From: Eubacteriales bacterium
Lineage (GTDB): Bacteria; Bacillota; Clostridia; Oscillospirales; CAG-272
Direction of reading: 5' to 3'
Assembly: GCA_051893885.1 (NCBI GenBank)
Contig: JBJFHS010000300.1
Coordinates: 1 to 32,866, forward strand
DNA length: 32,866 nt
Shown: one piece after another, positions 9,158 through 17,902 of the stretch
How positions within the stretch are numbered: the first letter of the stretch is position 1
Layout: every line of letters begins with the position of its first letter
Notes under the pieces: model-generated
The model's input: the letters and a program-made list of their open reading frames with translations, nothing else
Databases searched by the model: none
What the model was told of the DNA's origin: nothing
Made by a program: the position numbers and the translations under genes

Positions 9158-10222
9158 TCATTTGTTTGTATAGTCAATGCACGCCTGAATGTATGCAACA
9201 ATATTTTCGACCGGCACCTCCGGCTCAAGCAGATGGGTCGGGCAGACATACAGACCTCCGTTTTTGCCGGCGATATCCAGATTCTCAAATACCTTGCGGC
9301 GAACCTCCTCCGGCGTACCGAACGGCATCACGGTCTGGGTTCCGATGGTTCCGTGGAAGGAAAGCTGCTCGCCGAACCTGTCGTGAATCTCCCTGAAGTC
9401 CATGCACTCCGGCTGTACGGGGTTCAGCACATCAACACCCGCCTCAATCAGATACGGTATCAGCTCGGTGACGTGTCCGCAGGAGTGGTAGAAAATGATA
9501 ACGTCCGGGTTTACAGCGCGCGCGGCGTCGATTACACGTTTCAGTCGGGGCTTCAGCCATTCGTTATACAGTCCCTCGCTCATCATGATGGTGTACTGCA
9601 TACCGATGTCGTCGCCGAGAAACAGTCCGTCCGCTCCCGCTCTGGTGTAGCTGACCGCGCGCTGAACTGCGATGTCCGTCACACGGTCGAGGAGAACGGT
9701 CGCCATCGGGTCTTCGCTTATCATGTCGCACATCAGGTTTTCCATGCCGCGCATATACCAAGCCGTTTCCCAGATAGTGCACTGCATCCCGCCGATAACA
9801 GCTCTGTCCGCCGCATGGTGCGCTTTTGCCTGTTCAATCTGTGCCGCCAGACCTTCGTCGTGGAATACAGGCATCGGATACGCCTCAATCTGCTCCACGG
9901 AATCGAAGTCCGCCATGGGATTGTGCATATAGGTCATGTGATACGCCGCTTCCGAACCCGGTTCATGTGCGACACCCCATCCGTCAATGTAGGTGCCGGG
10001 CTTGAAGCTCTTGCCTTTGTAATATTTCAGAAATTCCTCTCTCGGAGCGCACTCTGCGGGGAGGTCGCTGATGTATCCTTCACCTGCGGGCAGCTTCAGA
10101 TCGTGTTCCCTGACGTAGGCGTCATACTTTTCCTGCAGGCTGGGACACATGGAGAAGTTCACCGGCATATAGTCGTATCCGGTGCGGCGTGCAATTGAAA
10201 TATAGTTTTCACGGTTTGTCAT
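9158..10222 (-). CDS. URO-D/MtaA-CmuA family protein, paralog 2
   Basis: DGWGV, MRGMENLM, GDDIGMQ, FYHSCG, LNPVQPECMD, FHGTIGTQ, GTPEEV, CPTH; ATG 10222 (MTNRE) follows GAGGTG (track starts at 10243). Confidence 0.88.
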   Translation of the reverse strand: MTNRENYISIARRTGYDYMPVNFSMCPSLQEKYDAYVREHDLKLPAGEGYISDLPAECAPREEFLKYYKGKSFKPGTYIDGWGVAHEPGSEAAYHMTYMHNPMADFDSVEQIEAYPMPVFHDEGLAAQIEQAKAHHAADRAVIGGMQCTIWETAWYMRGMENLMCDMISEDPMATVLLDRVTDIAVQRAVSYTRAGADGLFLGDDIGMQYTIMMSEGLYNEWLKPRLKRVIDAARAVNPDVIIFYHSCGHVTELIPYLIEAGVDVLNPVQPECMDFREIHDRFGEQLSFHGTIGTQTVMPFGTPEEVRRKVFENLDIAGKNGGLYVCPTHLLEPEVPVENIVAYIQACIDYTNK

Positions 10223-10235
10223 GTCCGGCACCTCA

Positions 10236-11711
10236 TCATTCAAGCGGATATTTTTTTGAATAATACATCAGATTATAGTTAGTAAACGCGTCCTCTCTGC
10301 TGCATAAGTCCCGTTGTCCGGAGCCGGTCAGAGTGAGTGATTTTCTGCCGTCATTTACGGGGTCGGCATAACGCTCAAACCATTTCTCAAGCTCCGCTGA
10401 CAGATTTCTTACAACGTCTGCAAGTTCGGGCTCGTCGATTAAATTTTTTGTCTCGTAAGGGTCGACAAGCATATCGTACAGCTCATTATCGTCATTCCGA
10501 TACCGCCGCACAAGTTTATACCGCCTGTTCCGAATCATGCGCACAAATCCGTATTCGTCGTGGATTTCGATTATCTGGTCACAGTCGCCGTCGGCACAGC
10601 CGTTCAGAAGGTACGGATACAGGCTCACTCCCGGCTGCTTTTCACTCAGCTTGTAATCGGCGGAGGCTATATCCAGAATGGTCGGGAAAAGATCGCAGTG
10701 GCTCGCATTTCTCTGTGCAGTGACGCCGCCATTTTTGATAAACGGTGCTTTGATGATGAACGGCACTTTTACGGATGAATCGTACATATTCGGAGGGTAG
10801 GTTCCGTTTCCCTTTCCCCAGATTCCGTGGTGTCCCATGTTCATGCCGTTGTCCGAGGTAAAAATTATCACGGTATTGTCATAAATTCCGTCGTCTTTCA
10901 GCTTTGTCAGGACACGCCCGATGTTTGCATCCATTGCCGAAATCGCCGCATAATACCCTGTCAGATTTTCGCGTCTGCGTTCGGGAGTATCACCGAGAGG
11001 CGCGCTGCACTGTTGATTTTTGTGAATCGGCTCATCGGGAGTTGCGGTGAACATACAGTCCCTGTACAGCTCCAGATACTCTTTCGGGTGGTTCTCGGGC
11101 GTCCACGGTGAGTGAGGTGCAGTGTAATGGATCTCCAGACAGAACGGCGCGTCCTCTTTCTCCAGCTCATCCAGATATTCAAGCGCCTTATCGGTAATGA
11201 CATCTGTCACGTAGTCGTGGCATTCGGTGAATCTGCCGTTTTCGTATATGTCAGGTGCATAATATGCACAGCCGCCGCCGGAGATGGTGAACCATTTGCA
11301 AAATCCCTCCTTTGGCCTCTCCTGATTTCCGAGATGCCATTTGCCGCTCAGCGCACAGCGGTATCCGTTTTTCGCCAGTTCGGCAATGTATGACGGATGC
11401 CCTTCAAGGTATTCGATACCGACATCATGCGACTGAAAATGCGGGTGATTTTTCATATACGGATGATTGTCGGCATTGACATTTCCACGGCAGAGCCAGT
11501 CCTGTACCCCATGGCAGGAGGGCATTTCACCTGTCAGGATGGATGCGCGTGCGGGAGAGCATACGGGTGATGCACAGTAAAAATTCTCAAATCTGACGCC
11601 TTCTTCCGCGAGACGATCCAGGTTCGGCGTGAAAATGTCATTGTTTCCGGCACAGCGCATAGCCCATGCACCCTGATCGTCGCTCAGAATAAAAATAATA
11701 TTCGGTCGCAT
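10236..11711 (-). CDS. Cys-type formylglycine-dependent sulfatase (S1 family), cytoplasmic
   Basis: PNIIFILSDD, TPNLD, CSPARASILTG (CxPxR), GKWHLG, PHSP, SDNG, GKGN; GGAGG RBS; no signal peptide. Confidence 0.92.
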   Translation of the reverse strand: MRPNIIFILSDDQGAWAMRCAGNNDIFTPNLDRLAEEGVRFENFYCASPVCSPARASILTGEMPSCHGVQDWLCRGNVNADNHPYMKNHPHFQSHDVGIEYLEGHPSYIAELAKNGYRCALSGKWHLGNQERPKEGFCKWFTISGGGCAYYAPDIYENGRFTECHDYVTDVITDKALEYLDELEKEDAPFCLEIHYTAPHSPWTPENHPKEYLELYRDCMFTATPDEPIHKNQQCSAPLGDTPERRRENLTGYYAAISAMDANIGRVLTKLKDDGIYDNTVIIFTSDNGMNMGHHGIWGKGNGTYPPNMYDSSVKVPFIIKAPFIKNGGVTAQRNASHCDLFPTILDIASADYKLSEKQPGVSLYPYLLNGCADGDCDQIIEIHDEYGFVRMIRNRRYKLVRRYRNDDNELYDMLVDPYETKNLIDEPELADVVRNLSAELEKWFERYADPVNDGRKSLTLTGSGQRDLCSREDAFTNYNLMYYSKKYPLE

Positions 11712-12100
11712 AAAAACTTCCTCCGTTAATAGCTGAATTTTCAGTCTCTGCCGATGGTTTATGATTTCTGCCGGCTTTTCTCCATGAAAAAGGTGGCGTT
11801 ATCGGTCATGGAGGTATGCCTTTCTGATTAATATTATAATCATTATCGGCAGAATTAGCAAGAGTAAGTGCGGTCGGATTTGCGATTTTTTTGTATTCTG
11901 CCTTGCGATAGCGTTTTTTGCTCGGTTCTGATGCGAAAAGGCAATTCTTCATTCATTCACCATATCATCTTTTTCCAATGTGAACGGGAAGCTGAAACAC
12001 TTTATCGGCATAAGTAAGCATACCGCCGTATTTTTTTGTGCCTCCTCAGCTTTTTTAAAAAATTCCGCGCACAAAATTCAACTAATTTTTCGTTTACATA

Positions 12101-12129
12101 TTGACAAGGTGGGTAATAAATGCTATCCT
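12101..12129 (+). promoter_or_regulatory. sigma70-type promoter of the URO-D-thioredoxin/COG0523 operon
   Basis: TTGACA-17 nt-TATCCT with extended TG. Confidence 0.65.
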
Positions 12130-12174
12130 TATACCAATTTAATCAATCCGAACCTGATGTGGAGGAAAACACAA

Positions 12175-13554
12175 ATGAAAGAACTATTATTCCGCACTTT
12201 ACGCCACGAAGAAACCGAGCGCGCGCCATGGGTTCCCTTTGCCGGAGTGCATTCGGGAAAGCTCAAAGGTTACGACGCCACGGAGATGCTGACCGACGCA
12301 GACAAGGCGTTTGAGTCACTGATGGAGGTCAACCGTTTATACAAGCCCGACGGTCAGCCGGTGATTTTCGACTTGCAGATCGAGGCTGAATGTCTCGGCT
12401 GTAATCTGACATGGGCAAAGGACTGTCCTCCGTCAGTTTCAAGCCATCCTCTTGACGGCAGCGACGAAGAACCGCCGGAAACTCCCTGCGACTGCACCAT
12501 CCCCACAAAAGAATCCGGCCGCATTCCCTATGTGCTCGACGTAATGACGCGCATGAAAAAGGCTGTCGGCGACACAACCGCTCTGTACGGACTCATCTGC
12601 GGCCCGTTCACATTGGCTTCCCACCTGCGCGGCAACAACCTGTTCACCGATATGTTCGACTTCGAGGACGAGGTGAGCGAGCTGTTTGATTTCTGCAAGC
12701 GCGTATGTATGCGTATGGCGGACTATTACATAGAAGCCGGAATGGACGTAATCGCTCTGGTTGACCCGCTCATCTCCCAGATCTCCACCGCACACTTCGA
12801 GCAGTTCATGACCGAGCCCTACACCGAAATATTCAGCTATATCCGTGAAAAGGGCGCGTTCTCATCCTTCTTTGTCTGCGGCGACGCCACACGAAACATC
12901 GAAGCCATGTGCCAGACCGGTCCTGACTCCATTTCGGTCGACGAAAACGTAAACCTCCTCGCTGCCAAGGAAATTTCTGACAAATACAACATCGCAATCG
13001 GCGGCAACATTCCGCTTACCTCCATCATGCTGCTCGGCAATCAGCAGGACAACATGAAGTTCGCGGTGGACCTGCTTGATTCCGTCAAGGTCAAGAAGAA
13101 CTTTATCCTTGCTCCCGGCTGCGATATGCCCTACGACGTGCCGGTCGAAAACTGCATCGGCGTGGCTCAGGCTGCCATTGAAACCGACGCGGTGCGCGAA
13201 ATGGTCAAGAACTATCAGTCCGAAGAAATCGACACCTCCGCAGTGGTTATTCCGGACTACGCAAATCTCAAGAAGCCGCTTATCGAGGTATTCACTCTTG
13301 ACTCCGCTCAGTGTGCTGCCTGCGGATACATGATGAACGCGGCTTATCAGGCAGTTGAAACCTTCGGCGACGCCATCGACATGGTTGAATACAAGTTCAT
13401 CTACAAGGAAAACGTTGCGAGATGCGTAAAAATGGGCGTGCCGAACCTTCCGTCCATGTACATCAACGGCGAGCTGAAATACCGCTCCATCATCCCGCCC
13501 AAGGCTGAGCTTGAACAGGCAATCAGAGAAGCCATCGAAGCCTGCAAAAAATAA
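12175..13554 (+). CDS. MtaA/CmuA-like methyltransferase (URO-D fold) with C-terminal thioredoxin-like domain, paralog 3
   Basis: FDLQIEAECLGC, CGPFTLAS, VDP, FFVCGD, GGNIP, LAPGCD, then a DSAQCAAC...NLPSMYINGE thioredoxin-like tail; ATG 12175 after GGAGG (track's 11980 start runs through the promoter). Confidence 0.85.
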   Translation: MKELLFRTLRHEETERAPWVPFAGVHSGKLKGYDATEMLTDADKAFESLMEVNRLYKPDGQPVIFDLQIEAECLGCNLTWAKDCPPSVSSHPLDGSDEEPPETPCDCTIPTKESGRIPYVLDVMTRMKKAVGDTTALYGLICGPFTLASHLRGNNLFTDMFDFEDEVSELFDFCKRVCMRMADYYIEAGMDVIALVDPLISQISTAHFEQFMTEPYTEIFSYIREKGAFSSFFVCGDATRNIEAMCQTGPDSISVDENVNLLAAKEISDKYNIAIGGNIPLTSIMLLGNQQDNMKFAVDLLDSVKVKKNFILAPGCDMPYDVPVENCIGVAQAAIETDAVREMVKNYQSEEIDTSAVVIPDYANLKKPLIEVFTLDSAQCAACGYMMNAAYQAVETFGDAIDMVEYKFIYKENVARCVKMGVPNLPSMYINGELKYRSIIPPKAELEQAIREAIEACKK

Positions 13555-13566
13555 AACAGGTGCCTG

Positions 13567-14496
13567 ATGATGAGCAAACTGTATCTCACTACCGGCTTTC
13601 TCGGGGCTGGAAAAACCACTTTTTTAAAGAATTTCATCCGGCTTTTTAAGGGTAAGCGGATTCAGCTGATCGTCAATGAATTCGGCAGGGAGGGAGTCGA
13701 CGGCGTACTTCTGCTCGAGCTCGGAGCTTTTCTGAAAGAAATTTCGGGCGGCTCGGTGTTCTGCGCCTGTCGGATGGATCAGTTTGAAAAGGTACTCAGG
13801 CAGTCTGCGAATCTGAACGCCGACGTGATTCTGGTTGAGGCATCCGGTTTATCCGACCCCACCGGAGTCCGCCGGCTTTTTTCGCAGACAGACCGATTCC
13901 CGAACATTGACTATCAGGGCGCTGTATGTTTAGTTGACGCTGTCCGTTTTCCGAAGCTGTATGTCTCCGCGCGCACCTGTGTCAAGCAGCTTGCTGCAAG
14001 TGACGTGGCCGTAGTCAACAAAACCGATCTGGCGGACAGCGCTCAGCTATCGAAAACCCTTGAGCTGATTCGTGGACAGCGGCCGGATATGCCATTGATA
14101 ACCACATCCTTCGGTGAGGTGACGGAAAACCTGCTTGACGTACTGGAAAAATCCCGGACACTGTCTGAGGATGATATGCCGCTGACAGCCGATTTAACCC
14201 TGCGCAAGCTGATGATTTCGGTTGCCCCAACCATTACGCCATACGAGCTGCAGAAATTCATCGAGATGTTCGCCGAAGACACATTCCGGGTGAAAGGGTT
14301 TGTCGAAACCACAGAGGGGCTGCGTCTTGCCGACTGCGTGGGAAACGTGGTATCGGTCGTGCCATGCGATGGACTTGACGTACCAATAGATCGCGTAGGC
14401 TGGCTCAACGTTCTCTCGGGAGCGGGAATGCCGGTTCGCAAGTCGGTGCGCGAGGCCTGCCGGTGGTATCAGAAGCACATAATCGCGGTGGAATGA
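13567..14496 (+). CDS. COG0523/CobW-family (G3E) GTPase, putative metallochaperone
   Basis: TGFLGAGKTT Walker A, NEFG, GGSVFCAC metal motif, EASG, VDA, NKTD, RVKG; 12 nt downstream of paralog 3. Confidence 0.88.
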   Translation: MMSKLYLTTGFLGAGKTTFLKNFIRLFKGKRIQLIVNEFGREGVDGVLLLELGAFLKEISGGSVFCACRMDQFEKVLRQSANLNADVILVEASGLSDPTGVRRLFSQTDRFPNIDYQGAVCLVDAVRFPKLYVSARTCVKQLAASDVAVVNKTDLADSAQLSKTLELIRGQRPDMPLITTSFGEVTENLLDVLEKSRTLSEDDMPLTADLTLRKLMISVAPTITPYELQKFIEMFAEDTFRVKGFVETTEGLRLADCVGNVVSVVPCDGLDVPIDRVGWLNVLSGAGMPVRKSVREACRWYQKHIIAVE

Positions 14497-14552
14497 TATG
14501 CGGCGGCATCCGGACGGGGGCTGTAATATTTTTTGATGGCATACTGCAAAGC

Positions 14553-14590
14553 AAAAAAACAGCACCGAATCAAGTAAGTGCTGTCTTTTT
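14553..14590. terminator. Bidirectional intrinsic terminator
   Basis: A-tract-ACAGCAC...GTGCTGT-CTTTTT between convergent genes. Confidence 0.65.
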
Positions 14591-14607
14591 CTGTCAGTTG
14601 GAACCGT

Positions 14608-16758
14608 TTATTTTTCGGGGCGCAGGAGGTATGTTTTGCCGGCTTGGGTCGCAAAGGAATATACGTCTCCGTCCCTTGTTTTTTCCGTTTCGCAGGGGAT
14701 TGCTTCACCGTTTTCAAGAACCGTCATGCCGTCTTCCCACGGACAGAGCACGCGGCAGGGACGTCCTTTTTCGCTGAACAGAGTGATTTCTCCCACAGCT
14801 CCGTTTTTCACTTCAGCCGAGACTGCAAATGCGCCGTATCCACGTAGATTACAGAAGGATGCGTCCCTGTTTTTGTCCCACACCGGGAAGAAGCGCAGCA
14901 CTCCTTCGTGGCTCTGGAACAGCATTTCGTTGACGCAGGTCGGAACAGCGCTGCAGCATTCGATACCGCCGCCTCCGTAGTAGATGAAAAAGTTTCTATA
15001 TGAATGGGTGTCTATCTGCCGGTTCAGGTTTTCGATTATCACGTCATGGTCGTATCCCACACGGACAGCTGCGGTGTAATAGGTCGCAAAGGCGTTGTAA
15101 TCCGACCAGCGGTTCATCACCGTTACCGTGTCGCGTGCGATTTTCAAGAGTTCTTCGTCCGACGAAAGACCGATTGCGCCGGCGGGATAAATATGCTGCA
15201 CCGCAAGGCTGTTTCCGTCGCACCAGTCGTAGCCCCTCTCGGTCAGACGGAATACAGTTCTGCCGTCTCTCTCCATTATCGGGAAGGTGCTGAGATGGGC
15301 GAGAATATGATTCCATTTATCGCGGCGTTCTTCGCTTGTTCCGAGATATTCCGAGATATCAGTCAGCGCGCGGAATACACTTCTCAGCAGTCCGAGTGTC
15401 AGAATCGGGTTAAAATCCTGTGGGTCTCCGCCGGACTCGTGGATGCAGTCGCGGTAAATCACATAACGTCCGCCCTCGAATACAAGATAGTCCTCCCAGA
15501 AATCGGCGACCTCCGTGAGATACGGCAGCGCGTATTTTTCGGCGTATTCCTTGTCCCACGTGCTGTAAAACCGCATTATCATGTTTACCGCCGCGTATGC
15601 CGAGTTGGATTTCTGTCCCCAGTACGGTCTGTCAACGTCCTCGGTGCCGTCGTCTTTATACATTCTGCTCGACTCAAGCCCCATCGGACCGATGCCGACC
15701 TTGCAGTAAATGCCATCGTTTGCAAGACGTTCGCGGGCGTTTGTGCGTGCCTGCGGAATATAGTCCATCAGCGGTTTGTCGTACGGGTCGGACAGGCTCA
15801 CCTTGTTTGAGGAATAAACGCCCCACCACGGAGCCTCGTAGTTGTAGTTGAGGTGATAGTCGCCGTTCCAGTTGGGTCGGTTGGTTGTAATCCAGTTTCC
15901 GAAAAGTCCGGGAGCGAATTTGCCGCCTTTGCTGCAGCAGGCCATGAGATAGTGTGAGCCGTACCAGAATTTTTCGATTTTTTCCTCCGACGGAAGTGAT
16001 ATGCCGGATGTGCTCCAGAAATCCTCCCACCATTTCAGATGCGCCGCGCGGTATTCTTCAAGCTGCTTTTCACCTATGCCGCAGACGTCCGCCTCAGCCT
16101 TTTCAAGATAGTCGTCCTCGTCGTGGTTGGTGTGAGTTGAAACGACAAGCGTCACTTCTTCTCCCTCGCGCAGGATACCGTCCGTATTGTCCCAGCCCAG
16201 AACCTTTCCGACAGATGCGGATTTTGTTTCCCATTCGACTTCGCGGACGTAATCCTTTGTTATTCTCAGCACATTTCCGTCGGTTTTAGAGGTGCAGTCG
16301 GCAAGAGGCTCGTCCGGCAGTGGATTCAGCGCGAATTTCAGTGGAATATCGCCCTTTTTCGCCACCGCACGTATTGTGATCAGGCTCGTTGTATACGGTG
16401 CGCAGGCGGTCAGGTGCAGGTGATATTTTTCATTTTTCAGGTCAATTTCCACCTCCGCACTTGAGATTTTCTGAACAGCTGAAAAAAACGCCCCTTTCAG
16501 CACGTCAGAGCAGACCCCGATTGTGCCGATGCATTTGATGCCGCTGTAGGTTCCCCCGTTGTCGCGCGCATATCCGCCGTACCAGAAATCGTTTTTTGAA
16601 ATCCAGAAGGCGAGCCTGTCTTCGCTGCCGCCGACCGATACCCCGATGTCTCCGTTTCCGAAAAGAGGACCGTCCGGCACGCTTGGAGTGGGGATTTGTT
16701 CGGATAAGCGGTCGAAATATCCGTTATACCGCGATACTTTTTCGATTGGATTGAACAT
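14608..16758 (-). CDS. GH95-like (alpha/alpha)6-barrel glycoside hydrolase (possible alpha-L-fucosidase/alpha-L-galactosidase)
   Basis: PLFGNGDIG N-terminus, PGLFGNW, WNGDYHLNYN, HIYPAG, NEMLFQS, LRGYGAFAVSA; AAGGAG RBS; no signal peptide. Confidence 0.75.
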   Translation of the reverse strand: MFNPIEKVSRYNGYFDRLSEQIPTPSVPDGPLFGNGDIGVSVGGSEDRLAFWISKNDFWYGGYARDNGGTYSGIKCIGTIGVCSDVLKGAFFSAVQKISSAEVEIDLKNEKYHLHLTACAPYTTSLITIRAVAKKGDIPLKFALNPLPDEPLADCTSKTDGNVLRITKDYVREVEWETKSASVGKVLGWDNTDGILREGEEVTLVVSTHTNHDEDDYLEKAEADVCGIGEKQLEEYRAAHLKWWEDFWSTSGISLPSEEKIEKFWYGSHYLMACCSKGGKFAPGLFGNWITTNRPNWNGDYHLNYNYEAPWWGVYSSNKVSLSDPYDKPLMDYIPQARTNARERLANDGIYCKVGIGPMGLESSRMYKDDGTEDVDRPYWGQKSNSAYAAVNMIMRFYSTWDKEYAEKYALPYLTEVADFWEDYLVFEGGRYVIYRDCIHESGGDPQDFNPILTLGLLRSVFRALTDISEYLGTSEERRDKWNHILAHLSTFPIMERDGRTVFRLTERGYDWCDGNSLAVQHIYPAGAIGLSSDEELLKIARDTVTVMNRWSDYNAFATYYTAAVRVGYDHDVIIENLNRQIDTHSYRNFFIYYGGGGIECCSAVPTCVNEMLFQSHEGVLRFFPVWDKNRDASFCNLRGYGAFAVSAEVKNGAVGEITLFSEKGRPCRVLCPWEDGMTVLENGEAIPCETEKTRDGDVYSFATQAGKTYLLRPEK

Positions 16759-16798
16759 TGTTTTCTCCTTTGCAATTTCTGCGATAAGTCTTGCCTGT

Positions 16799-16828
16799 AT
16801 TATAGCGTTATTATGTCGGGTCCGTCAA
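16799..16828 (-). promoter_or_regulatory. sigma70-type promoter of the GH95-like gene
   Basis: Minus strand TTGACG-18 nt-TATAAT. Confidence 0.65.
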
Positions 16829-16875
16829 GTGGTTTGCAAAACAAAAATTATATAGTCAACAGTGAGGTAAAATAA

Positions 16876-17766
16876 ATGGAAAGAGTAAAAATTAAGGATT
16901 CGTTTGAAAAATACGCCGGCTCGCCCGTATTCGGAAGCAGGGACACGGGGACAATGTTCGACGCTTATGTGTGGAAGTGGGGTGAGGGACTGCGCATGGA
17001 TGTTTCATGGCGTCCGAAAAAAGCTCTCGCCGTCACGTTTTCCGAAGACGGAATCCACTGGAGCGAGCCGCAGATAACACTCTCCTGCGACCCGTCAAGC
17101 GGCTGGGAGGACGATATAAACCGCAGCTGCGTCCTTCCCTCACCCGACGGAAACGGCTTTCTGATGTGGTACACCGGTCAGGCAAAGGGAAAATCGTACA
17201 TCGGCATCGCGCGCTCGAAAGACGGAATGACCTTTGAGAGATTCCGCACCGGGCCGGTTCTGTCCCCCGAGAAGGATTTTGAAGGCGAGTCCGTGATGAA
17301 TCCGTTCGTGATGTACGAAAACGGCAAATTCCGTATGTGGTACGCGGCGGGTGAGACGTATGAGCCGAATGTGCTTTGCTATGCCGAGTCGGATGACGGA
17401 ATTGTTTGGAAGAAGCACCCGTCAAATCCGATTTTCACCTGTGCGCCCGAAAACGAATATGAGCAGAATCGAATCGGCAGCTGTCACATTATACGCGAGG
17501 ACGACGGATATCTTATGTTCTACATCGGTTACCGCGACATAAACACCGCCTGCATCTGTGCCGCTCGTTCGAAGGACGGGATTGAAGGATGGCGCAGAGT
17601 CAGTGAAAATCCGCTTGTCACTCCGACGCCGGGTTCGTGGGACGAGGACTCATGCTACAAGCCGACTGTCATTTGCGAAGAAGACGGGTCATATCGCCTG
17701 TGGTACAACGGACGCCGCGGAGGGGATGAATACATAGGCTATGCCCTCGGTCACCTGAAAAAATAA
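16876..17766 (+). CDS. Five-bladed beta-propeller glycosidase (GH32/GH43/GH130-like superfamily)
   Basis: Repeated blades FLMWYTG/FRMWYAA/YLMFYIG/YRLWYNG with SxDG turns and NPI/NPL motifs; GAGGT RBS. Confidence 0.7.
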   Translation: MERVKIKDSFEKYAGSPVFGSRDTGTMFDAYVWKWGEGLRMDVSWRPKKALAVTFSEDGIHWSEPQITLSCDPSSGWEDDINRSCVLPSPDGNGFLMWYTGQAKGKSYIGIARSKDGMTFERFRTGPVLSPEKDFEGESVMNPFVMYENGKFRMWYAAGETYEPNVLCYAESDDGIVWKKHPSNPIFTCAPENEYEQNRIGSCHIIREDDGYLMFYIGYRDINTACICAARSKDGIEGWRRVSENPLVTPTPGSWDEDSCYKPTVICEEDGSYRLWYNGRRGGDEYIGYALGHLKK

Positions 17767-17822
17767 CAAAAACGCGCCGCTTCATCGGAATAAATACGTC
17801 TGAATCCGTCATTTTAAACAGG

Positions 17823-17851
17823 TTGACATTCGGGTTGATCTGTGATATTAT
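17823..17851 (+). promoter_or_regulatory. sigma70-type promoter of URO-D paralog 4
   Basis: TTGACA-17 nt-TATTAT with extended TG. Confidence 0.7.
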
Positions 17852-17902
17852 GAATTCACACAAAAATTCTTCAGTCAGAAAAATCAGAAAAAGGAGAACA
17901 TT

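Noticed and set aside
9074-10198. 374-aa plus-strand ORF, and similar long antisense ORFs (1331-1921, 3389-4081, 15004-15810, 18314-18994, 19224-20126, 20459-21403, 30608-31300, 32135-32740)
   Set aside because: They lie opposite well-supported genes, lack RBS and motifs, and are expected shadows of codon bias.
11712-12174. Cobalamin or SAM riboswitch in the 460-bp divergent intergenic region
   Set aside because: No recognisable B12-box or S-box core by eye, and the plus-strand promoter leaves only a ~40-nt leader; an Infernal/Rfam scan would be decisive.
11980-12174. 65-codon N-terminal extension of paralog 3 in the ORF track (also the extensions at 10243, 5249, 5663 and 4444)
   Set aside because: Downstream ATGs have proper RBSs and family-typical N-termini; the extensions overlap promoters or neighbouring genes.
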